A stretch of DNA of 62,883 bases, filler included, from Lenisia limosa (lineage: Eukaryota > Protista > Breviatea), in NCBI GenBank assembly GCA_001655205.1. It is 14 parts of 14 records of this genome, joined end to end, with 100 filler letters (N's around TTAATTAATTAA, not from the genome) between each part and the next. Parts side by side here need not be neighbours in the genome. Positions count along the whole stretch, not along the records: positions 51,462 to 54,503 come from LPNZ01007651.1; positions 54,604 to 57,545 come from LPNZ01010370.1; positions 57,646 to 60,252 come from LPNZ01003649.1; positions 60,353 to 62,883 come from LPNZ01008236.1; 10 more parts are not named here. One strand, given 5' to 3'. The notes beneath the pieces are model-generated. The model ran no database searches. It had not been told where the DNA came from and saw nothing but the letters and a program-made list of their open reading frames with translations. The translations under genes and the position numbers were made by a program. Numbering within the stretch: position 1 is the first letter of the stretch; every line of letters begins with the position of its first letter. Shown here in pieces: positions 51,545 to 62,883 of this stretch.

Positions 51545-54300
51545 ACCACTCGGGCGAACTGGCTCACCGACTCCACCACCTACACAGTTTAGTGAAATAA
51601 CACCAAAATTAGAGTTTCATTTTAATAATACAAAAATGCTTCATTAACACAAAAAAGAGACAATCTGAGGTGTTCACATAAAAAAAATTGTGATTAAAAA
51701 AACTCAGGATAAAACTCAACCTACGCACCTTCTCTGGGACTTTGTTGTAGAAGTCAGCGGAAAGATCCAACTAAATTACGTTATTAACACCTCAACTCCT
51801 CCCCCCCCCCCNNNNNNNNNNNNNNNNNNNNNNNNNNNNNNNNNNNNNNNNNNNNNNNNNNNNNNNNNNNNNNNNNNNNNNNNNNNNNNNNNNNNCCAAC
51901 GCAGCATTTTTAAATTCTACATTTAAAACCACGTTTATAAACATCTATGGATCTAAACCCCCGACATTTTGAAATATCAAGATCTAAATCCCCCACGTTT
52001 ATAAACAGCTATAGATATTAACCCCCACGTTTATAAACAGCTATAGATATTAACCCCCACGTTTATAAACAGGACGGTGATGTCGTTGAAGGATTCCACT
52101 GTCAGTCCTGAAGGCCCCTCCTGGATAGTAAGATCACATTGAAGAGCAAAATAGATACGGTGTTGCTTCAATCTGATAAAAGACTGAATATCTCGATAAA
52201 TCCTCGACACATCCTCGATAAATACAGTAGATATTCTATCAGTCTTTTTCGGACCTGAATGTTTGATATCATAAGATCATATTTCGGTATATTTTCAAGT
52301 ATGTTTCCATTGATCCTAAGATCATAATGATGCATATTATCTGCCTACACACAGGCACACAGGGCTATCCTTTTATCATATTCACAAAGGTCTCTCAGAT
52401 CATAGCGATCCGGCGTTTAACTGTAAAACAAAAATTTAGGGCAATATACTTCCTGTGATCATATTCAGGCTCAGATGGTGGAGTCATAAGCAGAAGGTAT
52501 GAAAACTGGCTTTCAAATCGAGACGAAAACCTGCTATAAGCCCCTCTCCCCATATCCTTCAAATCCACCCACATGGTTGCTGGTGTGTTATTGCATTTTT
52601 TTTGTTGTTTTTTGGAGTTTCAGATTATTCGGTTCGNNNNNNNNNNNNNNNNNNNNNNNNNNNNNNNNNNNNNNNNNTATTCGGTTCGTGATTAGTCCAA
52701 TATTCATCATCGATATTTCCTTCGTTTTACCCCCCCCCCCCCACCGTTCTCAGCACCTGCAGGATATGGGCTGGAAGCATGGCACTGACCAGCGATTCTG
52801 GGGAGGTAATGTTATGTATGCCCAAAAACAGTCCAAAATCAACTCTGTTGGCTGACAACACACAGGGGTATATAACAACACAACAAACAAAGCCCAGTCA
52901 GTCGCTTCTGCAGCACCGCATCCCACCCTCCAGCTTCTGCAGCACCGCATCCCATCACTCCAGCACGGTAATTATTATGTATTTATGCCCCCCCTCCTCC
53001 AACCGATTTTTGCAGTTTCCGTAGCAAGCTGATGTTGAACCAAAACCCGCCTCTGAGGAAATTAGTTTTGTTGAGAGGAATAAAGAGAGGCAGGGTAAAA
53101 TATTCCAAGAAATCAACGCTGATTAAAAAAATAAGCTCAACAAGTACAAAGGGATAACTTAAACAAAATGTTCACTCTACTACCGATTTATTTTCAATAA
53201 AAAACTGAAACTATTGATAAATTTATACTAAATCTTCCATCCCGCTCCCTCCCACAGATCTTAGCGTCTTTCTCTGTTTTGGGATAACCACATAGGCCAC
53301 GAAGAGGCCCAAAAGCATCATATAAGGCAGGCTGTGGAGTGAAGGATATAGAGGGTAGAGAGAAGCATCATATAGCGCAGGCTGTGGAGTGGGAGGAGAG
53401 GGGAAATGGCAAAATTATGAAAGGGAATAAAAGCAGCACATACAAGTAGATACAGAAATCTAAGGCTGGGATGAGTAAAGTGTCAGTAAAATTCATATCT
53501 AACTCCATCTCTCCTCTCTCCCCTTTATTACACCCATATATANNNNNNNNNNNNNNNNNNNNNNNNNNNNNNATACGGCTGCATGGCCTCCTCAGCCACG
53601 ACGAAGAAGGTAAAGAAGGTCCATGAGAAGGTCTCGATTGTGAACAGCATTCGTCGAGGCAGCGTTTCGAAGGCAACTGGGGGAGGGGGGGTAATATCAC
53701 TACGTAAAAAATTAGAAATTAAGGATCTGGAATGGAGCTGCCTCTACAATTGCCCCGCTTGAAGATTCAACTAATTTCATCATAAATTGCCCGAATTCCT
53801 AAAGAAACATGAAACAATGGTGAATATAGAGCAATGAGAAATAAAAAATAAGATTGTTTTTCTGCATCACACTTATAAGAGATAGTATAATATTAATTCA
53901 CCCAATCATTTGCCTTACAACTCTGTGGACAAAGCTCTCTGCGTGCCTCCCCAGAATACCAATGGTAAATAGTAAAAGGGTGTATCAGGCTGTAGCCGTC
54001 CACATCATCACGCCTATTCATACGAAGAGAAACACCACCTTACCATTTACGGTTGTGATGGTGAGGAGAAATGCGGGCGCATACTCCGTGGCATATCCAA
54101 TGCTAAATTATCAGTGGAAGAATCGGAAACTGTCAGAGTATATTATAAACTAGGGATAACCCTCGTTTTCCGTCCATCATTTCGACTTGAACGTCGGCTA
54201 TATGATTATATCAATAGTGGATATGGGTTGAAATTCCTATTATCTTCCAACCTTGGGAGGCTTGAGAGAAGTACTAGGATGGCAGCGGCTCGTATTGTCA
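51545..54300 (-). CDS. Hypothetical multi-exon gene (frames not resolved)
   Basis: A series of AG/GT-bounded, more GC-rich blocks on the minus strand (e.g. LDLSADFYNKVPEK|VVESVSQFARV; 53260-53330; 53575-53678). No family recognised. Confidence 0.3.
51925..52070. repeat. Degenerate ~33-bp tandem repeat
   Basis: CCACGTTTATAAACA(G/T)CTAT(A/G)GAT(A/C)T(T)AA repeated about 4 times. Confidence 0.8.
52798..52963 (-). repeat. Family C copy with a duplicated 5' module, ending at an acceptor
   Basis: Two tandem CTGGAG(T/G)G(A)TGGGATGCGGTGCTGCAGAAG modules, then the family body and TTACCTCCCCAG. Confidence 0.8.
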
Positions 54301-54385
54301 CCAAAAATCCTAGAGTAACAAATTAGAACGAAACTGAAAATTTCGGCTAAAAAGCTCGCCTGCCATTCATAAATACAAACCGCAA

Positions 54386-54503
54386 ATAGTATATAGCAAT
54401 GAGAAATCAAAAAGAAGTTTGTATCTGGCCGAAGCCGTCCACACCAGCACGCTGACAAGAAATATTGAATTAGAGTATAATAGTAATTCACCCAATCATT
54501 TGC
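54386..54503 (+). repeat. Dispersed repeat family D (AATTCACCCAATCATTTGCC core)
   Basis: AATAGTATATAGCAATGAGAAAT...GTATCTGGCCGAAGCCGTCCACACC...GTATAATA.TAATTCACCCAATCATTTGC. Homologous pieces at ~4830-4972, 11312-11352, 14256-14340, 15118-15170, 29751-29815, 30480-30612, 53830-53950 and, inverted, 33546-33655. Confidence 0.8.
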
Positions 54504-54679
54504 NNNNNNNNNNNNNNNNNNNNNNNNNNNNNNNNNNNNNNNNNNNNTTAATTAATTAANNNNNNNNNNNNNNNNNNNNNNNNNNNNNNNNNNNNNNNNN
54601 NNNACAACACCTACAAAACACACAAATAAGCCCCCGACCCATAATCAAGACCATAATCAAAAGATCAAAAGATTACTAG

Positions 54680-55650
54680 AGCGCCGGCATGGGGGCCATG
54701 GAAGTTGGGCCGCCGGTGTTGGCCGGAATGTGAACGTTGCTGTCTTTTTTTGGTCCGGAGCCGCGAACCATTCGTTTGGCGAAGGACGAGCGCGACTGGG
54801 GGGGGGGNNNNNNNNNNAAACTTAAAAATAGGAAAACTCAATGATAATTGAGACATTCAAATTTACGACTTAGGTAGATGACTGAAGTCTAAGGTCTAGT
54901 GTGTGGGACGCATTAAAAATTTCTGATTTTAGCACGCTATTGAACACGACATGAAGCAGAAGCGAAGAATGGTCGTTTTGTAGAATCAATCTGTGTTGTA
55001 AGCAGGAAGACGATACTTGACCTATAATATTCACCTTTGGCATTGCTCACCACTACTTGTGGAACTTCCACGCAGCATATGCTGAAGGTGAGGGTTGTGA
55101 TTTCTCACCGGGAAGCCTTAAAAATATTGGCAAATTGGATGTTTTTTGCGGTTTTCTTAGCGTTCTGTTGTTGAAAAAAAGGGAAGAAATCCCTTAAAAT
55201 GAACAGTCGAAGTGTGTGTTTCATCTTTGTCTTCTTCAACTGCTCTGTTGTTGAAAAAAATGGAAGAAATCCATAAATATGCAATCAACCGTTCTGTTGT
55301 TGAAAAAAAAGGGAAGAAATCCCTAAATATCAGCTGTCGGAACGTTGTGTTTCTTTGTTGTCTTCTTCAAATGCTCTGTTGTTGAAAAAAATGGAAGAAA
55401 CCCATGATTCACAAAAACTAAACCTTAGGTTTTGGGGTTTATATACATGTACATGTATGTATACATCATCCGGCGGTTCTCGCGGGCGGGTGCACTTGCG
55501 GTACAAGCCAGCTGGTAGATGTGATGTTTTTACTTTTTTTTTCTTCACTGCCGGCCTAACCCTCCAGTCAGCAACTCCCACTGACTTGTTCGATACTTGG
55601 CTGTGATATGTGGCATCCGTGGGGTGACTATAGGGTGGACTTTTTTTTTG
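54680..55650 (-). CDS. Hypothetical gene fragments downstream of the complex repeat array
   Basis: Exon-like blocks preceded by C-run+AG acceptors (e.g. SRSSFAKRMVRGSGPKKDSNVHIPANTGGPTSMAPMPAL). Confidence 0.3.
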
Positions 55651-57032
55651 ACCCAGATAGCTTCTGGTACCGAGGCTAACATATCTACCAAGGATAGTGG
55701 TAAGGCAATGGTCAAGGAGGACGGAAGAGCTACAAAAAAAAAATAGCTCTTCACTCTAGTTTTTAAAGGCATGTTAAATATCAATATTCCTTTATGTTGT
55801 TGTTTTGTTTTTTAAAAAAAACTACTTCCAATCATCATTATATGTATATGGTTGCCTCCCGCTCTTCTTCTCTAGCGTTCTGTTGTTGAAAAAAAGGGAA
55901 GAAATCCCTAAATATCAGCTGTCGGAACGTTGTGTTTCTTTTTTTCTTCCTCAAATGCTCTGTTGTTGAAAAAAATGGAAGGAACCCATGATTCACAAAA
56001 ACTAAACCTGGTTTGGGGTTTAAATATATATATCTTGTTGATTTGTTGATGGTTTTAGAAGAAGACATACATCCCTCATCCTAAAACACGTTCTTTCTCG
56101 CTCTTCTTCTCAGCGTTTTGTTGTTGAAAAAAAGGGAACAAATCCCTAAATATCAACTGTCGGAACGTTGTGTTTCTTTTTTTCTTCCTCAAATGCTCTG
56201 TTGTTGAAAAAAATGGAAGGAACCCATGATTCACAAAAACTAAACCTGGTTTGGGGTTTAAATATATATATCTTGTTGATTTGTTGATGGTTTTAGAAGA
56301 AGACATACATCCCTCATCCTAAAACACGTTCTTTCTCGCTCTTCTTCTCAGCGTTCTGTTGTTGAAAAAAAGGGAAGAAATCCTTCATTAAATATCAACT
56401 CTTCTTTAAAATCTTTGGGAAAATATTGTTATCAAGAAGGCGGAGTTATCTCAAAGTGCTCTATTTATTAACTTTGTGATGTTACAATCCTATCTGGCTC
56501 TTTTTCGCTCCTTTTCTCAAGTGTTCTGCTGTTGAAAAAAATGGAAGAAATCCCAAGAGCTACAAAAAAATAGCTCTTCACTCTAGCTTTTAAAGGCATG
56601 TTAAATATCAATATTCCTTTATGTTTTTGTTTTGTTTTTTGAATTACTTCCAATCATCATAATTCATTATATGTATATGGTTGCTTCCTGCTCTTCTTCT
56701 CTTGCGTTCTGTTGTTGAAAACAAGGGCAGAAATCCCTAAATATCAGCTGTCGGAACGTTGTGTTTCTTTTTTTCTTCTTCAAATGCTCTGTTGTTGAAA
56801 AAAATGGAAGGAACCCATGATTCACAAAAACTAAACCTGAGGTTTGGGGTTTAAATATATATATCTTGTTGATTTGTTGATGGTTTTAGAAGAAGACATA
56901 CATCCGTTCTTTCTCGCTCTTCTTCTCAGCGTTCTGTTGTTGAAAAAAAGGGAAGAAATCCCTAAATATCAACTGTCGGAACGTTGTGTTTCTTTTTTTC
57001 TTCTTCAAATGCTCTGTTGTTGAAAAAAATGG
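55160..57032. repeat. Complex higher-order tandem array (238-bp unit built from an ~80-bp-spaced CTGTTGTTGAAAAAAA(G/T)GGAAG sub-motif, with larger duplicated blocks)
   Basis: ORFs at 55838 and 56076 are near-identical and offset by 238 bp. There are about 14 copies of the core motif. The block AGAGCTACAAAAAAAATAGCTCTTCACTCTAG...TCAATATTCCTTTATG occurs at ~55727 and ~56556. Confidence 0.9.
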
Positions 57033-57645
57033 NNNNNNNNNNTGGGGTTTAAATATACTGTATCTTCTTAATTAGTTGATGTTTTTTTTTGGTTTTAGGA
57101 GAAGACATAAGTCGTACCTGAGTGCGAACACCCACCTGAGTGCGACAGAAATAACAAAAATATCCCAATTTTGACTAAAATTTGTGGAGAATTTACCAAA
57201 ATGTATGCCTTGAGACTGAAGCACTGAAATAATATCGTAAATTTATGAACTGAACTAAACTGAAATGGGTTATTTAAGCAGAGTTCCCTTTTCACTGAAA
57301 CCTTCTTGTATTTTAAGATAGTCGAGGGGTTATGCTTCCATCTATGACTCAAAGGAGCTTGGATCGAGCCCGGAGTAAGCTGATTTTTTAACAAAAGTGA
57401 GTTCAGGGCATTTATTGTTCCATCCAGTTTCTCATACATCAACATTTCTCAGATCGACTTAGAGTTGACTCAACAGAGCAGCTAATGTTGATAGTTTCCG
57501 TGGTACTTTTGTTGTTGTTGTATGCGTTACTTTAAGTCTGCCGAGNNNNNNNNNNNNNNNNNNNNNNNNNNNNNNNNNNNNNNNNNNNNTTAATTAATTA
57601 ANNNNNNNNNNNNNNNNNNNNNNNNNNNNNNNNNNNNNNNNNNNN

Positions 57646-60082
57646 GAAGAAGCGGAGATATTCCCGGAGTCGTCTCACTCGGAATCCTCAGCCGAACAAC
57701 TTCCGTCTACCTGGAAGAGTGGGAGGGAGACAGAAAGAGAGAGAAGTGTGTGTGTGCTTTCCCCCCATAAGTTCCAATTTTTCTCCACCCACCCCCTCTC
57801 CCTCGCATTTTACCCCCTAGTGGACGGAACAGAGATGACAACAACTTGAGAAAGAGAGGAGTGTTTAGATGTTTCGGAGTTTCAGATGGCTTGTTTTGGG
57901 TTTTTTTTCTTAGTCTAGAATTATTATGTTTATGTATACTTGACAATTCTCAAAAAAGGAACATGTTCGAGTTTTATGGGAATATTATGGTATGCTGGGT
58001 ATGCAGAAAGCTGAGTTGAAAAGCTGAATTAAGATTTCCGAGCCAGCCTTTAGCTCGGCTATTGCATAAAGCCATCCAGAAGAGATTATGACCTTTTAAA
58101 GATCACAAAACCGAAAAAAGTGTGCATAACTTATGAGAGGGGGGGGGGTGGTTCATTGTGATTCACATCTACTGCCCGTGTCTATTGTCAGAGCTGCATA
58201 TATATCTGGTGTACGAAGTGATTTCATCACGCCGTGCTGACCGTGAAAAGTTTGTCCAATCTCGTGTGGAATTTACTTTACTGAGAGACAAGGCGACACA
58301 TTTTAAGTCAAGGAGTAAATTTACCAGATACAATTCCCTTAATTTGGGAACATTTCATTACATGGGATTCCCATGTAGAACTCCCACGTTTTAACCTTGG
58401 ATATTGATTACACCCTTTCAATAGTGGATGGCAGACCGAAAAGCAAAATACCATACAAACATAAATTAAACCTGGGAGACCTATTGACCATCACCATCAC
58501 CATCACCATTGATTACCTTGAACAACACGAGGGTTGATGAAGATGAGAGAGTTACGCCGAGATCAAGAAGATCCTTGCAAATAGGCTCCATCACACTGAT
58601 GCCCGATTCTGGGGAGTAAAATGGGAAATTGTATGAAACAACCCAAATCAACTCTGTTGGACAGCACATGAGGGTTGAGAACAACAAAACAAACACAGCC
58701 CAGGCCAGTCGCCTCTACAGCACCGCATCCCATCACTCGAGAAAGCATTTAGGGTGGATCCATCGTATAAAACACCACGCCCCTCCCACAAAAACCAACT
58801 CAATCAAAGCCCCCGCCGCCCACCATCAGGGGTGAATTCCTCCATATCAGCCGCTTTGCTATAGGACTTTAACAGGTCTTCCACCCTCTCGTCAAGTTCG
58901 GCACTCTTCTTTTCATTGTATCTGGGAGAAGGGGGGGGGGGGGAGNNNNNNNNNNNNNNNNNNNNNNNNNNNNNNNNNNNNNNNNNNNNNNNNNNNNNNN
59001 NNNNNNNNNNNNNNNNNNNNNNNNNNNNNNNNNNNNNNNNNNNNNNNNNNNNNNNNNNNNNNNNNNNNNNNNNNNNNNNNNNNNNNNNNNNNNNNNNNNN
59101 NNNNNNNNNNNNNNNNNNNNNNNNNNNNNNNNNNNNNNNNNNNNNNNNNNNNNNNNNNNNCAAACAAGCAATAATAAACATGGAGTCCCACCATCGCTCG
59201 AACACGGGGGAGGGGGGATAAAATAGAGTATGACACAAAACCAATTATCTGGGGTGGGTGTAAATTAAAGAAGACTAATACATCTCAGATCAATAGATAC
59301 TACTATCAAATTCCTCCCAAATCCGGAAGTTGTCATTACTGTTTCAAAGGGTATAATCAGCTTTCAACTTAGCAGGTTAACCAATACTTCCTATTTTAGA
59401 GAAAAAAAAACGTCCATTGAAATCTCAATTATTGACCACACTGCCTTATAATAGTAGCACGTTATCAATATAAAGGAGACACCAATATCATTGAATGTAA
59501 CCAACCGCCAAGTCCCCCACTCACTCACTCCTTGTTTTATAATATATTATCAAATGAATATCGTATCGTATAGTAATGTGATAGTACATATTATATGTAT
59601 ACCCCTGCTTACTCCTCGCAAATTCTGAAGCCGTTGGTGTACCATTCCTTCAAGGCGGCATGGGAGGGGGTCACAGCCACTTCAACTCGGAGGGGACAGT
59701 GCTGGGGTGGTGGTGTCAGCAAAGGAAAAGGATCTAATTTTTGTAGCATAAACTCTTTTCAGATTCGAGAGACTTATCGGGAAATTCATTGTTTTTTTGG
59801 AGCATTATTATGTCACTTCTAGTTAATCTAAAAATCCCGTCTGTTAACTCTTACTTTTCCCTTCCCCCCACTCCCAGTCACGTTAACAATTCCCCCCTCC
59901 ATACGCTCACATTGACCAGGACGGTCCCCTCCACTAACCTTGGCCAGGACTGGGCGCACAAGGCCGTCCACAAACGGCACCAATAACTTCTTGTGCTTGA
60001 CCCTCTTATCAATGCATATTACGGAAATGAACAGTACTGGCATTTCCGAGGTAGCATTCAGGGAGTACATAGCGAACCTGGG
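57646..60082 (-). CDS. Hypothetical multi-exon protein (partial)
   Basis: Exons VRYVLPECYLGNAQYCSF, HCPLRVEVAVTPSHAALKEWYTNGFRICE|DNDNFRIWEEFD|RYNEKKSAELDERVEDLLKSYSKAADMEEFTPD|ESGISVMEPICKDLLDLGVTLSSSSTLVLFK. The central joins are in phase. Confidence 0.5.
58609..58739 (-). repeat. Family C copy ending at the 3' splice site
   Basis: Minus strand: GAGTGATGGGATGCGGTGCTGTAGAGGCGACTGGCCTGGG...CCAACAGAGTTGATTTGGG...TTTTACTCCCCAG|exon. Confidence 0.85.
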
Positions 60083-60352
60083 GAGGGGGGGAGGATTAAA
60101 TTATGACAAGAATATTAGCATTTTACTTATGAATCACAGAGGAATAAAGGCAGCGATTTACCTACCCAGAAAGAGGACGTTTCTTTGAAGATGATGTCAA
60201 AATGGCACAGGACTTTGGGGAGGGGTGCGGCCAGATCTAAGGGGGGGGGGGGNNNNNNNNNNNNNNNNNNNNNNNNNNNNNNNNNNNNNNNNNNNNTTAA
60301 TTAATTAANNNNNNNNNNNNNNNNNNNNNNNNNNNNNNNNNNNNNNNNNNNN

Positions 60353-61690
60353 CTGTTGCTGGCCATGTTGCTGTTGTTATTGACGCTAAAGGGAGTTAAT
60401 ATAAGGCCATATATTACGGAATAACCTACTTCTGCTTTGTAGCTCACTCCCTGAAGGTCCGTTCTAATGTTCTCTTGAAAAAAAAAGTATAACTTTAAAA
60501 CGTTCAAAATCAAAGTAAAGAGAGGTCTATTTTTCAAAAAAAATAAAGCTGATAAAGGAATTGGATGACCAAAGTTCGGTTCAAAATTAGTCTCTTAAAT
60601 ATTATTTTCTAATCTGATTTAAAATACTCTCAGGATTAAAACGCTACATATTATGTCAAAAATGCTTGTGTTTTTGGGATTTTAGGGATTTTATAATGAA
60701 AAAACACTACTTCCTGATCGCATTCATACTGGTGATCGCATTCATACTGGTGATCGCATTCAGACCGGGGTACTTATTATTTTTTTTTGATAGATTTTTG
60801 TTCTGTGTTCTATTTTTGTTCTCTTTTCGCAGCACAAGTTCCCAAATTCCCCCATTTGCATTTGTATTGACTTTTTGTAGCTGCCTGAGCCTGACTATTC
60901 CCAAGGTATGCCATCGTTATTATTTTTTGGGCAAGAAATACTATAGCTACCTGAAAAACCGAGGGAAAGATTCAAGATAAAAGTGAACATAATATCCCAA
61001 AAAAAACAAGTGGTAGAAATATGTGTTCTATTCATTTACAATCCATACACCCTATGATAGTAGCTATTTCAATCTTCATTAACACTTCATAACTTTTTTG
61101 ATAAATATCGATAGTTTTCCGTTTCTACATCCCGACTTCTACATCATATAGCTATCCCTATTTCACCCCGGCATTGCTGCATTCTGGTCGGGATCTTTTC
61201 AAGATAAAAGTAGAGAATGTCGATATTTAACCTTCCACTTTTCAAAAATGTAGTGGAAATAATTTTCCATTTCTCCTTCCAATTCTCACCTCCAAGCCAA
61301 CAAAGGAGATTATAGTGAGGAGAGCATGGCCAACCCCATGATGTCGCGTCCGCGTGTGTTGCGCTCATCGCATGGCAACAGGCCGCCACAACCCCAGGTC
61401 AGATGAATATTTTCGGGGTTGATCATTGAGAATTATTACTGTTTTTTTATTGATGATGACGGTGTGATGATTTTAATTTTGATTTATTGTTAAAAGATTT
61501 TGGTGGGGTTTTGTGTTAGATTAATTGATAAATGGTTTTGGTAAATTTTTGGTTATGTTAAGTGAAATACCAAATCAATTCTCCAATTAATCCTCTTCAT
61601 CATTTCTGCGTTACTCTCTCACCTTGCCTTAGTTTTCTCCGAGCCCTCTCCCATCGGAAACAACCTCTCCAGTCCAAACACAAGTAAGAG
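60353..61690 (-). CDS. Hypothetical gene fragments
   Basis: Short exon-like blocks (ENIRTDLQGVSYKAE; ...ATSWGWPCSPHYNLLCWLG). Frames not secure. Confidence 0.3.
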
Positions 61691-62340
61691 ACACCTTTGG
61701 GGTTTCCATTAAGATTGAAAAAAAGCATTTGGTGTTTCCATTAGATTGAAAGAGCATATGAATCTGATATGATGATACGTTGAACTCTGGTCATTTAATA
61801 GCCTTTTTTAGGATTATTGTTTTAATAAATATATACACTGACTTTGTCCTGACACGATTAATTCAAGAGAAAGCGCAATATATGTGTCAGGACTTATCAC
61901 GGTCAGTGTCTATATCATATAATAGTAGATTTATTATAATTTTTAGTAGGATTTTTCAACTGTTACTCTTTTTTTATCCTTCGTTTTTGACCAAATTAGT
62001 CTCCACAGCCCCAAGCATCCCCACAACCCACAGAAAAGGTGGGATGCGGTGCTCCTGAAGCGACTGGCATGGGCTTTGTTTGTTTNNNNNNNNNNNNNNN
62101 NNNNNNNNNNNNNNNNNNNNNNNNNNNNNNNNNNNNNNNNNNNNNNNNNNNNNNNNNNNNNNNNNNNNNNNNNNNNNNNNNNNNNNNNNNNNNAAAAACT
62201 GAATTTGTCGATAAATCCTCGAAAACTATCGATAATTTTATGGTGACTGGGCAATTTTGAACCGAAGTGAACCCCAATAGATGCTGGTCAAACAAACTTG
62301 GATTCATAAATACATAAGATATGGTTACATACAACACATA

Positions 62341-62610
62341 CAGTGCGAAGCAAAATTATTGCACCGTTTGTTTTTTTTTTTGTGTTTTTCACTATTTTGG
62401 GTTTTTTATTTAGGCTGAGTAGCCAGATTAGTATGACTTATTTGGAATCCAACTTTAAAAGTCTCCCCTGGGTGCCCAATCCCAAGATTTAAACCCAATT
62501 GAACAAATTGGCACCCGTGTGGAAACGTGAGCAATATTCCAACTTTCTGGACCAAATGAAAGCATGAAAAGCGGAATGAAACACCTTTCCAGTGGATGGG
62601 CGGAGCTTTG
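62341..62610 (+). mobile_element. Possible decayed, internally deleted Tc1/IS630-like element
   Basis: TA|CAGTGCGAAGCAAAATTATTGCACC resembles Tc1-family left TIRs. Frameshifted YLESNFKSLPW / AQSQDLNPIEQI resembles the DDE motif WP.QSPDLNPIE. No convincing right TIR, and an overlapping minus-strand ORF exists. Confidence 0.35.
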
Positions 62611-62883
62611 AGGACCCACATATACGCATTCAAAATTACATGGATAAGGATAACCAGACCTATCTCTCATGGTTTCGACAACACAAATTTCCATTTCCCA
62701 TTTGACTGGATTAAGCGCTCCGAAAGTCGAGCAGAAGAACCCCAGCCCATTGGTATGAGGAATACACCTTGGATTTCACAACGTTTTATATATTATACTA
62801 TATCGCATCACTGTTTATACTGTATATGATATATGTGATGGGACAAAACATGAATCACGGGACAAAACTGTGAATCAGGGACA

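Noticed and set aside
9963-60308. Thirteen perfect TTAATTAATTAA palindromes as a biological repeat or regulatory site
   Set aside because: They always sit in the middle of an N block of fixed 100-nt design and encode stops in six frames, so they are a contig-concatenation linker. Gene adjacency across them has no meaning, so no 'operon' linking lysozyme, the FG-GAP-like gene and SLOG-SLATT can be inferred.

Overview
This window is not one continuous locus. It is a concatenation of 14 short scaffolds from an AT-rich, intron-rich microbial eukaryote, joined by artificial 100-nt spacers (N44-TTAATTAATTAA-N44). Gene content (phage-type lysozyme, Tweety-like proteins) would fit a phagotrophic amoeboid protist, but the taxon cannot be determined here. 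The genes were assembled by hand from GT-AG exons, so boundaries are approximate. Recognisable products are CDC48/p97 (5' part), an SDR16C dehydrogenase, BLTP1/Csf1 (5' part), axonemal dynein p28/DNALI1 (5' part), a flavodoxin+FAD diflavin protein, two Tweety/prominin-like membrane proteins, a T4-type GH24 lysozyme, RCC1-repeat and ARM-repeat proteins, and a protein with a bacterial-type 'YPxTIDP' domain. The most notable gene (26168-29455) fuses a TRPM-type SLOG domain to a SLATT (DUF4231-like) two-helix membrane domain. This sensor-pore architecture is described from prokaryotic conflict systems, yet here it carries spliceosomal micro-introns. Non-coding highlights are four dispersed repeat families, one of which repeatedly supplies the 3' splice site of the intron it sits in; sense-strand G-runs after donors and C-runs before acceptors; and several intronic tandem arrays. 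No rRNA, tRNA or CRISPR array was seen.
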